Below the pieces are notes generated by a model, which saw only the letters and a program-made list of their open reading frames with translations, had not been told where the DNA came from and did no database searches. This document shows, piece after piece, positions 38,681 through 52,909 of a stretch of 64,000 bases of DNA. The stretch comes from Heterodontus francisci (Eukaryota). How positions within the stretch are numbered: the first letter of the stretch is position 1; each line of letters begins with the position of its first letter. Position numbers and translations under genes: made by a program. The DNA lies in NCBI RefSeq assembly GCF_036365525.1, contig NC_090373.1, positions 90,223,067-90,287,066 of the forward strand, read 5' to 3'.

Positions 38681-41600
38681 TTGGTGTTGCATTGCTGGTT
38701 TAGAATAAGAGTTTGTGGGAGAAGGTTGCTCAGTGTGCAGGCTCCACCTGAACTAAGCCCCCACCCAACCATCTACTGTTGAGTTTTTGAAGAGTTTAGG
38801 ACATACTAAGATTGAAAAGAATAGGGAGTGAATAGGTGACACCAAAGATCTGATGATTGACAGTAAAGAAGACAGAGAGAGGGAAGGAGTTTTTCAATTC
38901 TGAAATCCTGAAATCAATGTTATAGTATGACAGATACAGAGAGGTAGAAGGATGTAGATTAGTCTACATTTTAACTATCCACTTAAATAAAATAAATTCA
39001 AAATAACAGTATTTTATTTTCTATTTAGGTAAAATGCCAACTGCTGTATATTCACCAGTTTAATTGAGATGTTTGAAGATAGTGAAATCTAACTACATTC
39101 CATGACTGGAATTTTAGTGCATGAGGTTTGTTGTGAAGGCAACTGATAACGAGTTGGTAGTATTAAAATTGAACTGATGTGGCTGAGGACATCTTCCAAA
39201 ATTGATGAGTTTCGACATTCACGTTAAAGATGGGCCCTTTTTTTGCTGCAGAATATCTAATACAGGCTAGATTTTTTGCTTCATCCAATTTCTCCCTTCT
39301 TCCTAAAGGCAGTAACATTTTAGATACAGCTCCATATGCTTTAAACGCTTCCCATCTCTCACTCAACTGACTGTTCTTTATGCATGAACCTAGACAGAGT
39401 GTGGGCAAGCTATTTCACAGAGTTGAGCCTGAACTGATTCTCACCTGACACCCTCAGGTGCATTCTTTTAGCAGGTGGTCAATGGAGGTGAATTCTGTCT
39501 GGTTTACCCATCCCTCGTTCAGGGTCCTGAGGCCAAATTTAGTGCCAGTGCTTGGCTGAAATCAACTTATGCAGCACAAACAGATGAATTATTGATATTG
39601 ATTTCCAGGATTATTTCCAGTTCTGGTAGAAGGGTCACGTGGCAAATTACTGGTGATATTGTACAAACACTTATATCAAATTCCTAACTTGTTACTTTTA
39701 ATAGATTAATGGGTGAACAATTCCATTAAAATGAGAGAGAGAGGAACTTGGGATGAGAACATTAACCCATACGTACAGTGACATTGCCGATAGTTATTTA
39801 GCCCTGTGTGTCCTGTTTGATAATGGATTTAATTTATGAACCCTTTGATGCTTGGATCCTTTGATCAGCAGGGAGATTTATATCTTAAATAAGCTGGTCT
39901 AAAATACCAGCAGGTTTTAATTATTTTCTCCTTGTAGTAGCTTCCTTCAATACACAATTGGCTGTCGAAATTTAAAACAATTTAATAGAAGAAGCCATTT
40001 CACAAGTGGCTGATAGTCCTGTAAACCATGATGACCCAATAACTTTCTGCAGTGAGGTGAGTAAAGAGATTGAAGCTCAGGGATTAGAGATGATCAGTAG
40101 TTTGGAGGATGACATGCCAGAACATGTACTGCTTTATCATTCAGGCATATAGTATAATCAATACACATTCTGAGCAATGAAGATACTTTAAAAAAAAATT
40201 CTCATGTATAAAAATCTGAAGGTGCTAAGGATCGTGATTAAATTGTCTACCTGATTCCTTGGATTGAGGTAATGAGTTACAGTGAAATCTTAGTTACACG
40301 GACAAATAGTCATAGCTTAGATATAAAAATTATCAGGAAGTGCTAGAAATCTACAGCAGGTCGGTCCATTACCTTTAGGAGAACGATAGGTTAGTGTTTG
40401 GGTGGGTCCCTTCATCAGACGTGTCTTTATCAGGGTATGATAGCCTAGCAGTTTGGTACTAGTTTGGCAAGTTGTGAAATTGAATTTGCAGCCTGGTATC
40501 AGAAAAATGACTTCAAAGCTGCTGGGTGTTTGTAAAAATCCAACTGGTTTACCAGTGTTTTTTGCATATCCTTCAGGAAGGGGCTTATCACCTCTAACTG
40601 ATCTGGCAAACATGTGGCTGATAATCAGTGAACTTATTTTTTTTCTCCTTTGGTGAGTGTAAGATTAGTGTAGAAAGACCTTGTACCCTAAGCAGCATAT
40701 TAATTTTTGTAGTTTATTCTGCTGCTATCAACCTTCAAGACTCCAGCAATATGCTGGACAGTAGGAAATATGAAACTGGCCTATATATATGGGGCTTCAG
40801 TCCATTTGTGACCAAATCAGAGGTAGCAACACGCCCGTTGTGCCATCTACCAAGGTGTGGGACCTGAGAACCCCAGGCCTGTAGTGCAAGAAGGCTATAA
40901 AACTGGACCTCAGTTGGTGAACTTGGGGATAGGGGACTGGGTAAAATCTTCTTATCCACATCATCTGACAGGAGACTCAGCTCCCGTATGAAAATCTGAC
41001 GCAGACTTGAGCTAAAAGTCATATGCAAAGGTCATACTCTAACAGGAAGAACTGGCACACAGGAAGGTTTTCTTGCTTAAGTGAAATGGTTCAGAAGCTG
41101 GAAGAAATTAGGTACGTTGAAAGCTGATATTCTGATAAAGGAAAAATGAATTCTGTGTGGTTTGTGAAGTGAAAAATAAGTCTGGATAAATGCAGATCTT
41201 TGCCATAATATCAAATGTACTGCTAAAGCTGATAGTACTTTGTCAAATAGTAGTGAAAAGAGTGTGTTTCTTTCCTCCTCTCTTTTGGGAAATGCCTGAA
41301 ATTATTCAGTAATTGAGATGTAGCCGATGGGCTCTTCATGTAACATTTTATATAAATGAAGTTGGGATCAATCTAAAATTCGTTGAAAAATAATTTAATC
41401 CACTGCACTCTCTTAAAAGGGCATTGCTGCATCTAATATGAGTAGAATTGACTTAGTTTTTCTTTGCTGGCAAAGTGACTATTCTATTAAATCTGCAAAT
41501 CTTCTTCTGAAACTGGTTTTCAAAACATTTTCTATGGTCCTTTAATGTAACTGATATTATACTTTATAACCGAGTGCTGCACCGACACAGGCTCATATAC

Positions 41601-44600
41601 AAAACAGATCTTGGGACGTACAACCGGCATTCAATAACATTTAATGTCCGGTGGAAATGTTTTGTACACCCAGTTTTTAAAAGTTGCTTTAACTCATTTA
41701 GCTGCTCAGTTTTGCCTTGGTGCTGGTGTGCCATGATGATTACAGCACTTTGTTGATTGCTCACAAATAGCCATCCAGTTGACTCCATTCTTTGGGCACA
41801 CAATATTTGTTATCATGCTCAGTACTGCTAAGATGTAGAAAATCTTACCTGTGTTCTTTAGGAAGTAATAATATACAGATTTTGAAAGGTACGCATTGAA
41901 TACCTGCCCTGTTTCCATGTGAATTTGCTATTTTTAAAAATTCAAATATCGGTCCTTTAACACTTTATGCTGAGCTATCTCCGAGATATCTCCTAGATGG
42001 CAGTTGTGTGAGTACCCAGAGGAATTGTTTTTTTAGGTGCTGAATATTGTTTGTCTTCTCATAAGTCACAAAAATATTTCCATACTTCCCTTCATATGCC
42101 ATCTGCAATTATTATATTTTAAATGACAATTCCTGCAGCACAAACATAAATCTTTGTCTCACACAGTCTTGTTTTAAAAGTTAATATTATTTTGTTGAAA
42201 TTTTCTTCTAGCACTTCAGCATTTTCAGGCTATCCCCATCCAACTGATCATGCCCTCAGCTTGTGTACTTGATAGAGATCTATGGAAAGCAAAGCCTGAT
42301 GATTCTGCCTCAGCTTTTATTTTTTGATTGACACATGCTCTGATGGAGCACCTGCGAAGACTGAATCTTATTGATATATGTTGTCTATTAAGTTTTCTTT
42401 TTAGTTTGCTTTCAAGATCGCCACAAATTCACATAGAATCTTGTCATTCAAGCCGCCATGCTGAGCCTCTTCCCTTCTCTAGTTTGGCAAAAGTAAATTT
42501 GTCTTTGTGAACAAAAAACTGAGAAACTCCCTTTACGACCTTTTTTATATTCATTTATTTTTTGGGGGTTGGGGTGTTACTTTTTTGAAGATTAAGTCAG
42601 AATTCTCCACAACTGCATTCCTTTGTTTATTTGGATTATTATACTTTTATATGAAACTATTTTAAGTAATTGTGTGCACTTAATATTGTCAAATATTATC
42701 ATGATGCTATTTGAGTAGTTGTAAATAAAACATTTTTGTCTTTATCAATAAAATAAGAACATTTAAATGTCAACCTTGATTAAGTGATAGCACTGTTGAC
42801 TCTGATTCAGAAGTTCATGGGCTCAAGCCCCTTCTCCAGAGACATGAGTACATAATCTAGGCTGACGTTTCAGTGCAGTACTGAAGTGCCCTATTGGCAC
42901 ATGCAAAGGGCCTAACACCCTGTTTCAGGCATCAGTCCTGGACCCCTATGGATGAGCTTTTATCAATATGGTAGATGGCACACTTCTGGCGTGAAATACG
43001 GGCATGCATTCCGTTCATCATATTGGATGCTTAGGCACCCATTTTATGTCTATAAAACCGTTGCAGTACTATCAAATATTTAGGCTAGACATTAAATGTG
43101 TTTAGGCATCCGCCTTAGCTCAGTCGTAACACTCTCGCTTTGGAAAAAGAGGTTTTCATTTTTTTCCATACACCAGAATTTGAGCACGTAATTCAGACAG
43201 ACACCTCGGCACAGTACTGACGGAATGCTGCAATGTCGGAGGTGCTGACTTTCAGTTGTAATATTAAACCTTTGCCCGCTTCTGGCACTATGCAGGGCAA
43301 TGACTATCTACAACAAGAATCTGACCATCTCACATTGACATTCAATGGCATTAGCATCGCTGAATCCCCCACTATCAACATAAATCACCCATTTTATCAC
43401 ATTGCCCAATGGTAAAAACGTCCCCACTGGCTTTTGAGAGCTTCAGCACATTTATTTTTCAGTCCCTTCTTTTCCCCCACAATGTCTTTGCCACATTTGT
43501 ACACTTTATGAAACTAAACTTCATATAATACTCACTTTTATTTGCTGTGATGAAAATTATTGATATATATTTTATAAATTTAGCAGTAAATTGTTTTTTT
43601 AGATCCCATCTTTTTTTTTTCAGTAAACTCTTTTTGAGCTTTGCATTCATGGTTTTATATTTTAGTGAAAGAAAGCTATACCAATAGCGCCTCTAAAATA
43701 CCCTGTATGTTCCAATCTTTACCACAGTCCTTTGCTGCACTGTTTTTTTGGGTGAAGCGTTTGTCTATGATTTATTGATGATGTGCCATTGTATGAATGT
43801 ATGTAATTCACAGGGCTAGACATGAGACAGAGTGAGACCTTTTCAGGTCAGGGCTGACATGGAGACATGATAGATATTCTAAAGTTAATTTGCTTACCTT
43901 TTGGGGTTTAGAGAATAATTAAATAATCTTCAACAGATTTAATAGGTGGGGTAGAGTCTATGATCGGGTAAATTCTACAAGATCTGTGGAAAGAATGTGT
44001 ACTTGTTTCACAATGTTTTATGTTTTCATGAGACATTGCTTTCTTGAAAAGAAAGGTTGGAAATCAAATGGTATGAGAGAGAATCAACATTTTTAAAGAA
44101 AAGCTTGTATGCTGTATTAGTAACAACTCCAAGGTATTCTCCACAATCTGCATTGAAGGGGGAGCATTTTCTGCAATGAAATTTCTTTAGTCCGAATCTG
44201 AAACCAAAGTCCAGGACCTCTTGTGTTCTGATGAAAGATTATCCCTGAATGTTAACCTATCTCGCTGTTTTAGATGTTGGTGGGCTTGCTCAGCATTTCT
44301 AGCATTTTCAGTTTATATTTTGGATATCCAGCACTCACAACCCTTTTACTTCAGGTTTTGTTGCAATGATTTGCCTCTTGAAACACAGCCCAAAGCTTGA
44401 GAATTCTTTCCCCTGTCTCCACACAAAGGCAAAACCAATTAACTAGTTACGGATCTAATTTTGGTACAAGAATGCTAGGATCTTTTAAGGATTGAAGTGT
44501 AAATTTAAAAAAAAAAGTTGATGTGACTTTTCTCTAACATTTTCATTATCTGGTATTTTAAAAACGCAGTGACTTAAATGGAAAGTTTTTTTTCTGGGGA

Positions 44601-46419
44601 GGGTAGAAAGTTCAAATACCATAGCACAGCACAGAGCAGAGTGAGCCTTTTAAAGACACAAATGCAGCTTTCAGAACAAAACAGGAAACCAGCCTTTAAT
44701 GTCAGTTTTCCAACGAGCCAGTTTTATGATTGAAATTTGAAATCAATGGTAATTTAATCAGACAGATGTCTCTATAATGTGGTTCATTTGGATTTATGAC
44801 TGCCTGTGAGAAAGCCACTTCAGAACTTTAATGAGTTATTAAAGTTTAAGGGATCATACTAAGCTGCTTGCAGAAATTCAAAGAGAAGACCAGGAGGTAC
44901 TTGAATTTTCATTTTCTTATTGATATCAAATGTGAAGAAACGAATCAAACAGAATTGATATACACTAAAATCTGAGAGTTTTAGCTTAATGATTGGATCA
45001 TTATCACTTTGGAGGAAAGCTGTTTTAGCAGACTGAAAACGGTGAATACTTTGGGACAAGCAATGAGCCACATTCTGAATGCTAAGAGGTGCAACTCGAA
45101 ATAGCTTGAGTTAGTCATTGAATGCCCAGGACTTGTTATGGTGATCCATTTAAAAAAAAGTATTAGTAGTGGTACCCATTTGGAGCGGGATAAATGAATC
45201 CTCTGCAGGCAGTGCCGCTTTATATTTCCTTAGTGCTTGACAACTGAGTGACTGCTGTTTGACTGGAGCCACAATGGCAAAAACAAGTAAAAGAATCTAC
45301 GAATGAACAGATAGTCCACTGGTTATCAAATGATGCATGTGCATCTTTAATTACTAGTCATCTATAGGGAGCAAATGCTGTATTTTAGCCTCCAGAGGCT
45401 GGATTTGGATGGTGGAGGAGTGGAGAACTGGGATCTTTGTCTCAGGTTTAACCCTCAAAAATTTAGATAGCACTGAATAAAATGGATCCAAAATACAATT
45501 GTCTATCTGATGTGAAGCGTTCTCTCCCTGTACAAAGGTCGAACTGTTTCAGTGCAAACCTTGACACAGCTTGACATTCTGTGCACAGCTAGATCACTGG
45601 AGTCTGTAGAACTGTTTTATGTCCTCAGGGTGCCCCAAAGCACTTGAAGCTCATTAATTACCTTTGGAAATGTAGTCACTGTTGTAATATAGGGAAAGAT
45701 GGCAGTCAAATTTGTAGACAGCAAAGTTCCATGAACAGAAATGTGATAAACAGTGAAGCGGCAATGTTGGGTACATGTTGTATTCTTTAAACCGGTCTGT
45801 ATTGTGTAGTTAGTTTTACTTTTATTCAGATACTCTGAGCTTCTCTGTTAAGATTACTATTCAGTGCAGATCCAATACAACGTTATATATTTTACCCCAA
45901 TTGGACACACAATGGTTATGTTTATATTCAAACATTCAAATCTAAAAGGACCAAGACTGATAAAACAGACAATTCAAGTTGTGTGTGTGAAAATGTGGTA
46001 ATTTATTACTTGCAATGATAGGTTAAAGTTTAGTAGGAGGGTAGAAGCGCATACTCAAATATCTTGAATAAAACAAGGCTAACTGACTTTAAATTTGGCA
46101 TGTTTACTAGATGGAACTTGGCATACAAAAGATATGTATCATAAAGATATCTTACATTAGATTTTTAATGGGGAAAATCCTACAGTTAACTTAAAGATAT
46201 GTTGTTCCTTTCTGAAATATTTGACAACATGGAAACTGAATTTAGATAGATTGAATTGCAATAGACCTTTCAGACCTGTAGTGGAAATTCTAAACCATCG
46301 ATGTTAAAAATGAGGTGTGACCACACTGACAGATACTCCTGAGGTTGGAGACTCTAATCTACTCATATAGCCAGCTGTGTGCTGTTCAAAATCTCGTGGT
46401 TTTAGCAATGCTTTTCTAT

Positions 46420-46650
46420 AGGCCACCCAAGGAGTGGTAAGAATGTGGAGCACGCTACCACAAGGAGTAATTGAGGCGACTAACATAGATGCCTTTAAGG
46501 GGAAGCTAGAGAAGTATATGAGGGAGAAAGGAATAGAAGAGTATGCTTAGATATAGAGGGTTGGGAGGAGGCTCGTATGGAGCATAAATGCTAGCATAGG
46601 CCAGTTGGGCCGAATGTCATATTTCTGTGCTATAGACTCAATGTAATTCA
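46420..46650 (+). mobile_element. CR1 3' end
   Basis: TQGVVRMWSTLP..FKGKLEKY and a CR1 tail. Confidence 0.75.
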
Positions 46651-46691
46651 ATGTACATTATAATATTTCACTCTAGAAGTTCTCAGGAGTT

Positions 46692-49600
46692 TGCCATGAA
46701 AACACTATATGCCAAATGTGGAATATTAATTCATCTGTTGGAAACTTACATTAGACTTTTAATGGGGAAAATACTACAGTTAACTTTGAAAAAAACTGGC
46801 AGCCAAGATGGCATTTTGCATCTGAAACACCTCTGCACATTCCAAGGCCCAACCAGAGCCAGAAGTCTAACAAGAAGCCCAGCCAGAACAAGGCTTTGGC
46901 TAACTGAGTAGATTATCCAGATCACCCTCATTAGCAGCACATTCAAAGCCATCTTGAGGCATTCATGAATGGAGACATCCCTCCAGGGGGTAAACACTGA
47001 CAATATCACCTGAGAGAGGTTTTGGGTTTTAGACTTTGGAACTCATTAAAAACAAAGGGGATTGAGAGAACCATGTGACCATCTCCCCAGGCTGTGAAAA
47101 ACTTGGAGTTTTGTTACACACAAAGGGACAAGCAGTAACTGAGTGTGCAGCAGCAGAGAAGGCTGTGTGCCTCCCTGTCTCTCTCTCTCTCTCTCCAGAA
47201 AACGTGAAGTGTGAAAACCCTCTGCGATTGTCGACCCACCAAGTCTACAGACTGCTACAGCCAGAGACCAGGGGAAGAGAGCCATCTATAATTCTTCCTC
47301 CAAGAAAACCCTGAGCAAAACGGGCCAGCCACAATGTGCACTTTGACCAGCCCAGACTTCAAGCCAACAACTCCAGCCCGAAGACTACCAAATCATTCAA
47401 CCACAGACTCTGTATTTAACTTTTATTTATTCTGGACTTTAATCCCACCAAAATACCTACTTTCCATTTTGTAATCTATTTGTGTGTGTGTGATCTTCAT
47501 GTGAATGTGTAGCATATTTTGTTTTATTATTTTTAGATCGGGTTTAGCTTGTTGAGTGTAATAAATTTACCTTTTTCTTGTTAAACTCAAGAAAGCCTGT
47601 CTGGTTCTTTCACAATCACATTAAAGGTAAAAGGTAAAATGCTCACTGAGGTGGTAAGTACAACTTCTGTTTAAAAAAGGAAACCCTGTTGCGGTCAAAT
47701 AAAGGGAAGGACAAGAGGGGCGACTGTGACCGCCTTCTCACGTGGCCATAATAGAAATTTGGGGGCTCGACTGGGGTCATAACCCAACGACAAATGAGAA
47801 ATTGGTAGTGGGAAACCAAATTGATCCCTAGTAAAAATTTAAAAAACTTCAGTAGAGGTTTTCTTGTGGTTTTCATTGCTAGAATACTAACATGTCCACA
47901 TTTGAGGCCCGTACTTTCCTAAGCCAGAGTCAAGTAACCTGGGACAGGTTAAAGACCCTATCTATTGAAGAGTTGAGAAATGTAGCCGGGCAGTTAGGGA
48001 TTGCTTTCTGTTCAAAAGCTAAGAAATCTGAAATCCTAAGACTTGTGGCCAACCATTTTTCACTTGAACCTAAAGATTGCAAGACAGGGTTAGAGTCAGA
48101 AACAGAAAGGGTAATGTTAGCTAAAATGCAATTAGAAGAGAGGAGACTAGAATCAGAATTTCAGAGAGAGAAAGAGCAGCGAGGGTGTCAAAGAAGGGAA
48201 AAATAAAGGGAAAAAGAGAGCTTTCTGGAAAGAGAAGGAGGAAAGAGAGTTAAGGCACCTTGAATTAACTAGGGGATGACCCAGTACATCCAGTGAAGGC
48301 ACGGCTAGTAAGGAAGCTACCCCTAGCTCAGGACTGTGTACTGAGCTCTTAAAATTCTCCCAGTTGATCCCAAAGTTCAATAAGGGGGATGTGGAAGCAT
48401 TTTTTGCCACTTTTGAAAAGCTAACAAGACAGCTGAAATGGTTGGCAGAGAGCTGGACTCTGTTGTTACAAAGTGAGCTAACAGGAAAAGTCCAATAGGT
48501 TTATTCACTGTTGCCAGATGAAAACTCATTAGATTATGAGATGCCTAAAAATGCTATCCTGCAGGCAAATAAGCTAGTACCAGAAATGTGCCGCCAGAAA
48601 TTCAGAACCCTTCAAAAGCAGCCTGACCAAACACCTCAAGTTTGAAAGAGTTAAGCAGCTTGCTTTTGACCCATGGATAAGGATACTTAAGATACAGTCC
48701 ACATATGAAAATCTCAGAGAGATGATTCTTCTCGGAGTTCAAAAACTCACTTCCCCTTTCTATTAAAATCCACGTAGAGGAACAAAAGTTTCAAAGGGCC
48801 AACAAGCTGCAATTCTGGCTGATGAATTTATCCTTGTACTCAAGCCCTTACCCGAAGGGAAACCCTTCCTTAGGCACCCCCACGACCCTAAAAGGCTAAA
48901 AGGTGGGAGGGTGATAGGAGCCTGAGCAGCCCTGGGCGAGAACGGAAAGATGGACACAGAGGGGACACTAAAAGGACAGTGCTGAGAGCAGGAGTGATAC
49001 CCGAAGACCTGTGTGTTTCCACTGTAACAAGGCAGGTCACCTCTGAGCAGACTGCTGGAAGCTACAGGGAAAACATGTCGGATTAATCAGGGCACACCAG
49101 GCCAGTGCAGGAGAAGGGGCCCTGATGGAAAGCACAGCAGAGCAGGATGTATATTTAACTGCGGCTGTAAGATACAGTAAACATACTGCTGTGAGTGCGG
49201 GAAAATTTAGCAAAATTCCTGAAGGTTACCAGGATTTTGTATCCAAAGGAAAAGTGACCCCATACCCCTCGAGTGGGGCAAATAAGCCCATCGTCATACT
49301 TAGGGATAAAGGGGCCACCAAATTCCTTCTGCTAGGAAAAGGCGTGACCTTTCTCCCAGAGAGTGCAGTGAATGCTAGAGTGTTAGTGAATGGTATCGGA
49401 AGGCAGTGTATGCCCATACCTTTATATTGGGTGCACTTGGAGTGCGACCTAGTTTCAGGATGGTAACTGTGGGGATTGTCCCTAGTTTACCTGTGGATGG
49501 GGTTGACCTGCTCCTGGGTAATGAATTGACAGGGGCAAAGATGGTAGCTTTCCCAGTAGTTTTGAGTGACCGAAAGAGGTCAGGAAGACAGGGCAGTTGC

Positions 49601-52186
49601 AGGAGAAGGTGCCTGGCATTTTCGCTGACTGTGTGGTACCTAGCTCCATGGCCAAACAAGCTCCCTCAGGTGGCTCAACTGGCACTGCAGACAGCTGACC
49701 CTACTGTCTGGTTATCTGAAACCTTTGGGAAGTTAGAGGACCCAAAGGATGGGTTAAACAGATCTTCCGTAGTTGAGGCTCAACAAGCCGACTCAATATT
49801 AAAGAAGTTAGCACAGACTGTCCAAGCCGAAACTGAAGCAGAGGGAGTCCCAGAGTGCTACTATTTAAAGAATGAGGTGCTGATGAGTAAGTGGAGACCT
49901 CCTCACAGACCTACGGACAGAGAGTGGACAGTGGTGCCGCTAAGGTACCGTAAAGAAATACTAAGAATAGCCCATGAGCTTCCAATGGCTGGACATGTCA
50001 GTGTACGAAAAACCCAAGCTCGCATAAGACAGCATTTTGTCTGGCCAAAACGCCACAGAGATGTGGTAGAGTTCTGTAAAACTTGCCACATGTGCCACGT
50101 TGTCGGGAAGCCCCAACCTGCAATAAAACCAGCACCTCTAATTCCCATACCAGCTTTTTGGGAGCCTTGAGCAGAGTGTTGGTGAATTGTGTCATGTACT
50201 GCTGAAAACAAAAGGGGACAGACAAGCACAAGTCTGTCAGACAATTAAGGAGGAAGGGGATGAAAAGGACAGTGAGGACCAGTTAGAGGAGGGCAGGGAG
50301 GATTCCCAACTGGAACCCCCTACTGTCCGGTTAGCCAATCCTGAAATGTTGGGAAACTTAGACCCTACACTCTCCCACGCAAATGCAGGCCAAAGAGACA
50401 CCCTACTAAGGCTGCTAGCAGCATTTACAGAAACCTGCAGGGACAAGGAAAGTTCCCAAAAAGGCAGATCAACAGTGAGATGCCTCACCTAGTTGAAGTG
50501 CCTCAGGGGAGTGTAGTGAAAGTTGGACAGACATCTGCGAGCAGAAATGTACCAGAGGACATGGAACAGATTAGCAAAGAGACCTTCCCCACAGTAAAGG
50601 GAAAAAGGAAGGAAAAATGCCCTGAAGTAAACAGCACTTGTGTGACTCACCAGAAAACTAAGTGAAGTCAGTGTGACCCACCCACTGAAGAACCCAATGA
50701 TCAGGTCCCAAACCCAAAGGTAATCAAACCCAGCAATTTCAATTCAGATTTCATCAAGGACAAGGGCCCAGAGGAAATCTCAGACACCTCACGGGGGCTA
50801 AAAACCAATTTATTATCCACTACCACTTTCGGGAGAAAAATTATCAAGGTGCTGGAACCTGAGTGGTTAGGGCCACGTGTTGCAAAAACAGCAGTTGAGG
50901 GATTAAAACTTATACCTACAGGAGAACTTGCCTTAAGCAAGAATGAAAATTTGTAGACACCAAGCTTCACCAACAACCACATGTTTATTGAGATGCACAT
51001 CCCCAGGGTATTACAAACTGATACTAGAGAAACTTTAACCCCATTTGACAACACATGACCATTCCAGACAAAATTCCAATTTTTTTTAAAATCAGCATAG
51101 CTTTTGCAGACAAAGCCAGCTGCAGCAAATATAAGATTAATTAATGAATTTGAGGAGTGTTAAGAATGAATGTGTGTTTTCTTTTTTCTTTTCCACAACT
51201 AATGAAATGCTCCTATTGTCACATTTCATTCCGTGTTTGCGGAGGTGTCAAGAAAACACTATATGCCAAATGAGAAATGTTAATCGGTTGGAAATTTACT
51301 TTAGACTTTTAATGGGGAAAATCCGACAGTAACTTTTTAAAAAACTGACAGCCAAGATGGCCACCGCAATTTTCATCTGAAACACCTCTGCACCTTCCAA
51401 GGCCCAACCAGACACAGAAATCTAACAAGAAGCCCAGCCAGGACAAGGCTTTGGCTAACTGAGTAGATTATCTAGATCACCCTCGTTAGCCATCTTGAGG
51501 TATTCATGAATGGAGACGTCCCTCCAGGGGGTGAACATTGACAGTGCCACCTGAGAGGGGTTTTGGGTTTTAGACTATGGACTACATTAAAAACAAAGGG
51601 GATTGAGAGAACCATGTGACCATCTCCCCAGGCTATGAAAAACTGGGAGATTTATTACACACAAAGAGACAACTGCTACAACCAGAGACCAGGGGAAGAG
51701 AGCCAATTACAGTTCTGCCTCCAAGAAAACCCTGAGCAAAACGGGCCAGCCACAAAGTACACTTTGACCAGCCAAGTCTTCAAGAATACAACTCCAGCCC
51801 AAAGACCACTGAATCATCCAACCTCAGACCTGTATTTAACTTTTATTTATTCTGGACTTTAATCCCACCAAAAACCTACTTTCCACTTTGTAATCTATTT
51901 GTGTGCACGTGTTTCTCATGTGAATGTGTGCATGAATATGTAGCTTTTTTTAAATTACTTTTAGATCGAGTTTAGCTTGTTGAGTATCATAAACTTACCT
52001 TTTTCTTGTTTAAACTCAAGAAAACCTGTCCAATTGGTTCTTTCACGATCACATTAAAGCTAAAAGATCAACACTCACTGTGGTGGTAATCACACCACTG
52101 TTTAAAAGGAATAAACTCTGTTGCGGTTAAATAAGAGGAAGGGCAACAGGGGCGACTGTGATCCCCTCCTCACCTTGGCCGTAACA
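46692..52186 (+). mobile_element. Gmr1-like Ty3/Gypsy LTR retrotransposon, internally deleted
   Basis: LTRs 46692-47753 and 51246-52186. TSD AGTT (46688-46691, 52187-52190). tRNA-Pro-like PBS TGGGGGCTCG at 47760. Decayed gag, protease and integrase N-terminus. Confidence 0.92.
47892..50220 (+). pseudogene. gag (SCAN-like capsid, CCHC knuckle) - protease - integrase zinc-binding remnant
   Basis: IPKFNKGDVEAFFATFEK, CFHCNKAGHL*ADC (49014-49055), ILRDKGA, DLLLGNEL, AHELPMAGH..CKTCHMC. Multiple stops and frameshifts. Confidence 0.85.
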
Positions 52187-52484
52187 AGTTATGTAAAAAG
52201 TTTTCACTTTTTTCCCAAATGAGTAGTAATTTAATAACCCTTGATCAACCCTTCAAAATGAAAAGGAAATCTGGATACAGTGCTGAATACCTATGGAATT
52301 AGCAATTTGTATGAGATGACTAGAAGTACTTTTCTTGTCAGAAAGGATGTGTTCCTGGTATTTTTGTTTCAAATTGCTATGGTTGTGTATTTCTCAGTAA
52401 TGTAATTACAAAATTTATGGAAAAGACATTTTAAAAAAAACACAACTTGTGATCTTTTTGCAACTGTTGTGCCTCATTTTCATC

Positions 52485-52630
52485 TTGACAAATACATGAA
52501 TAGGATGGGAATAGAGGGATACGGTCCTCGGAAGTGCAGAAGGTTTTAGTTTAGACAGGATCAAGATCGGCGCAGGCTTGGAGGGCCTTATGGCCTGTTC
52601 CTGTGCTGTACTGTTCTTTGTCCTTTGTTC
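52485..52630 (+). mobile_element. CR1 3' end
   Basis: Near reverse complement of 27545-27692. Confidence 0.85.
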
Positions 52631-52909
52631 ACATAAATTTTCCATATTAGAACTGCTCAAGAATTGTTTTGGAGATATGAAGACTTTACAGACAACTCTT
52701 CCTCACTTGCTGTTTACCTCTTCTGATTTAGATGCAGCTCAGAGGGGTGAAACATTTCCTGAATATCTCATAGATTTAATCTTTCTCCCTTTAAATGGTC
52801 TTTGTAGGACACAAATAGTAAGATAAATTTGACAGAATCTGCTTATGCAACATAACTTAATCAGTTCAGCCTCAGTTTGTTTCTGCTGTAAATTTCCCTT
52901 CTTCTGCCG

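Noticed and set aside
41849-41927. Possible minus-strand exon (atag...CAG|gtaaga)
   Set aside because: Splice signals are plausible but the acceptor is weak and the peptides are unrecognisable.
46692-52186. Endogenous retrovirus (suggested by the Pro PBS)
   Set aside because: No env. The gag and protease-integrase order are Gmr1/Gypsy-type.
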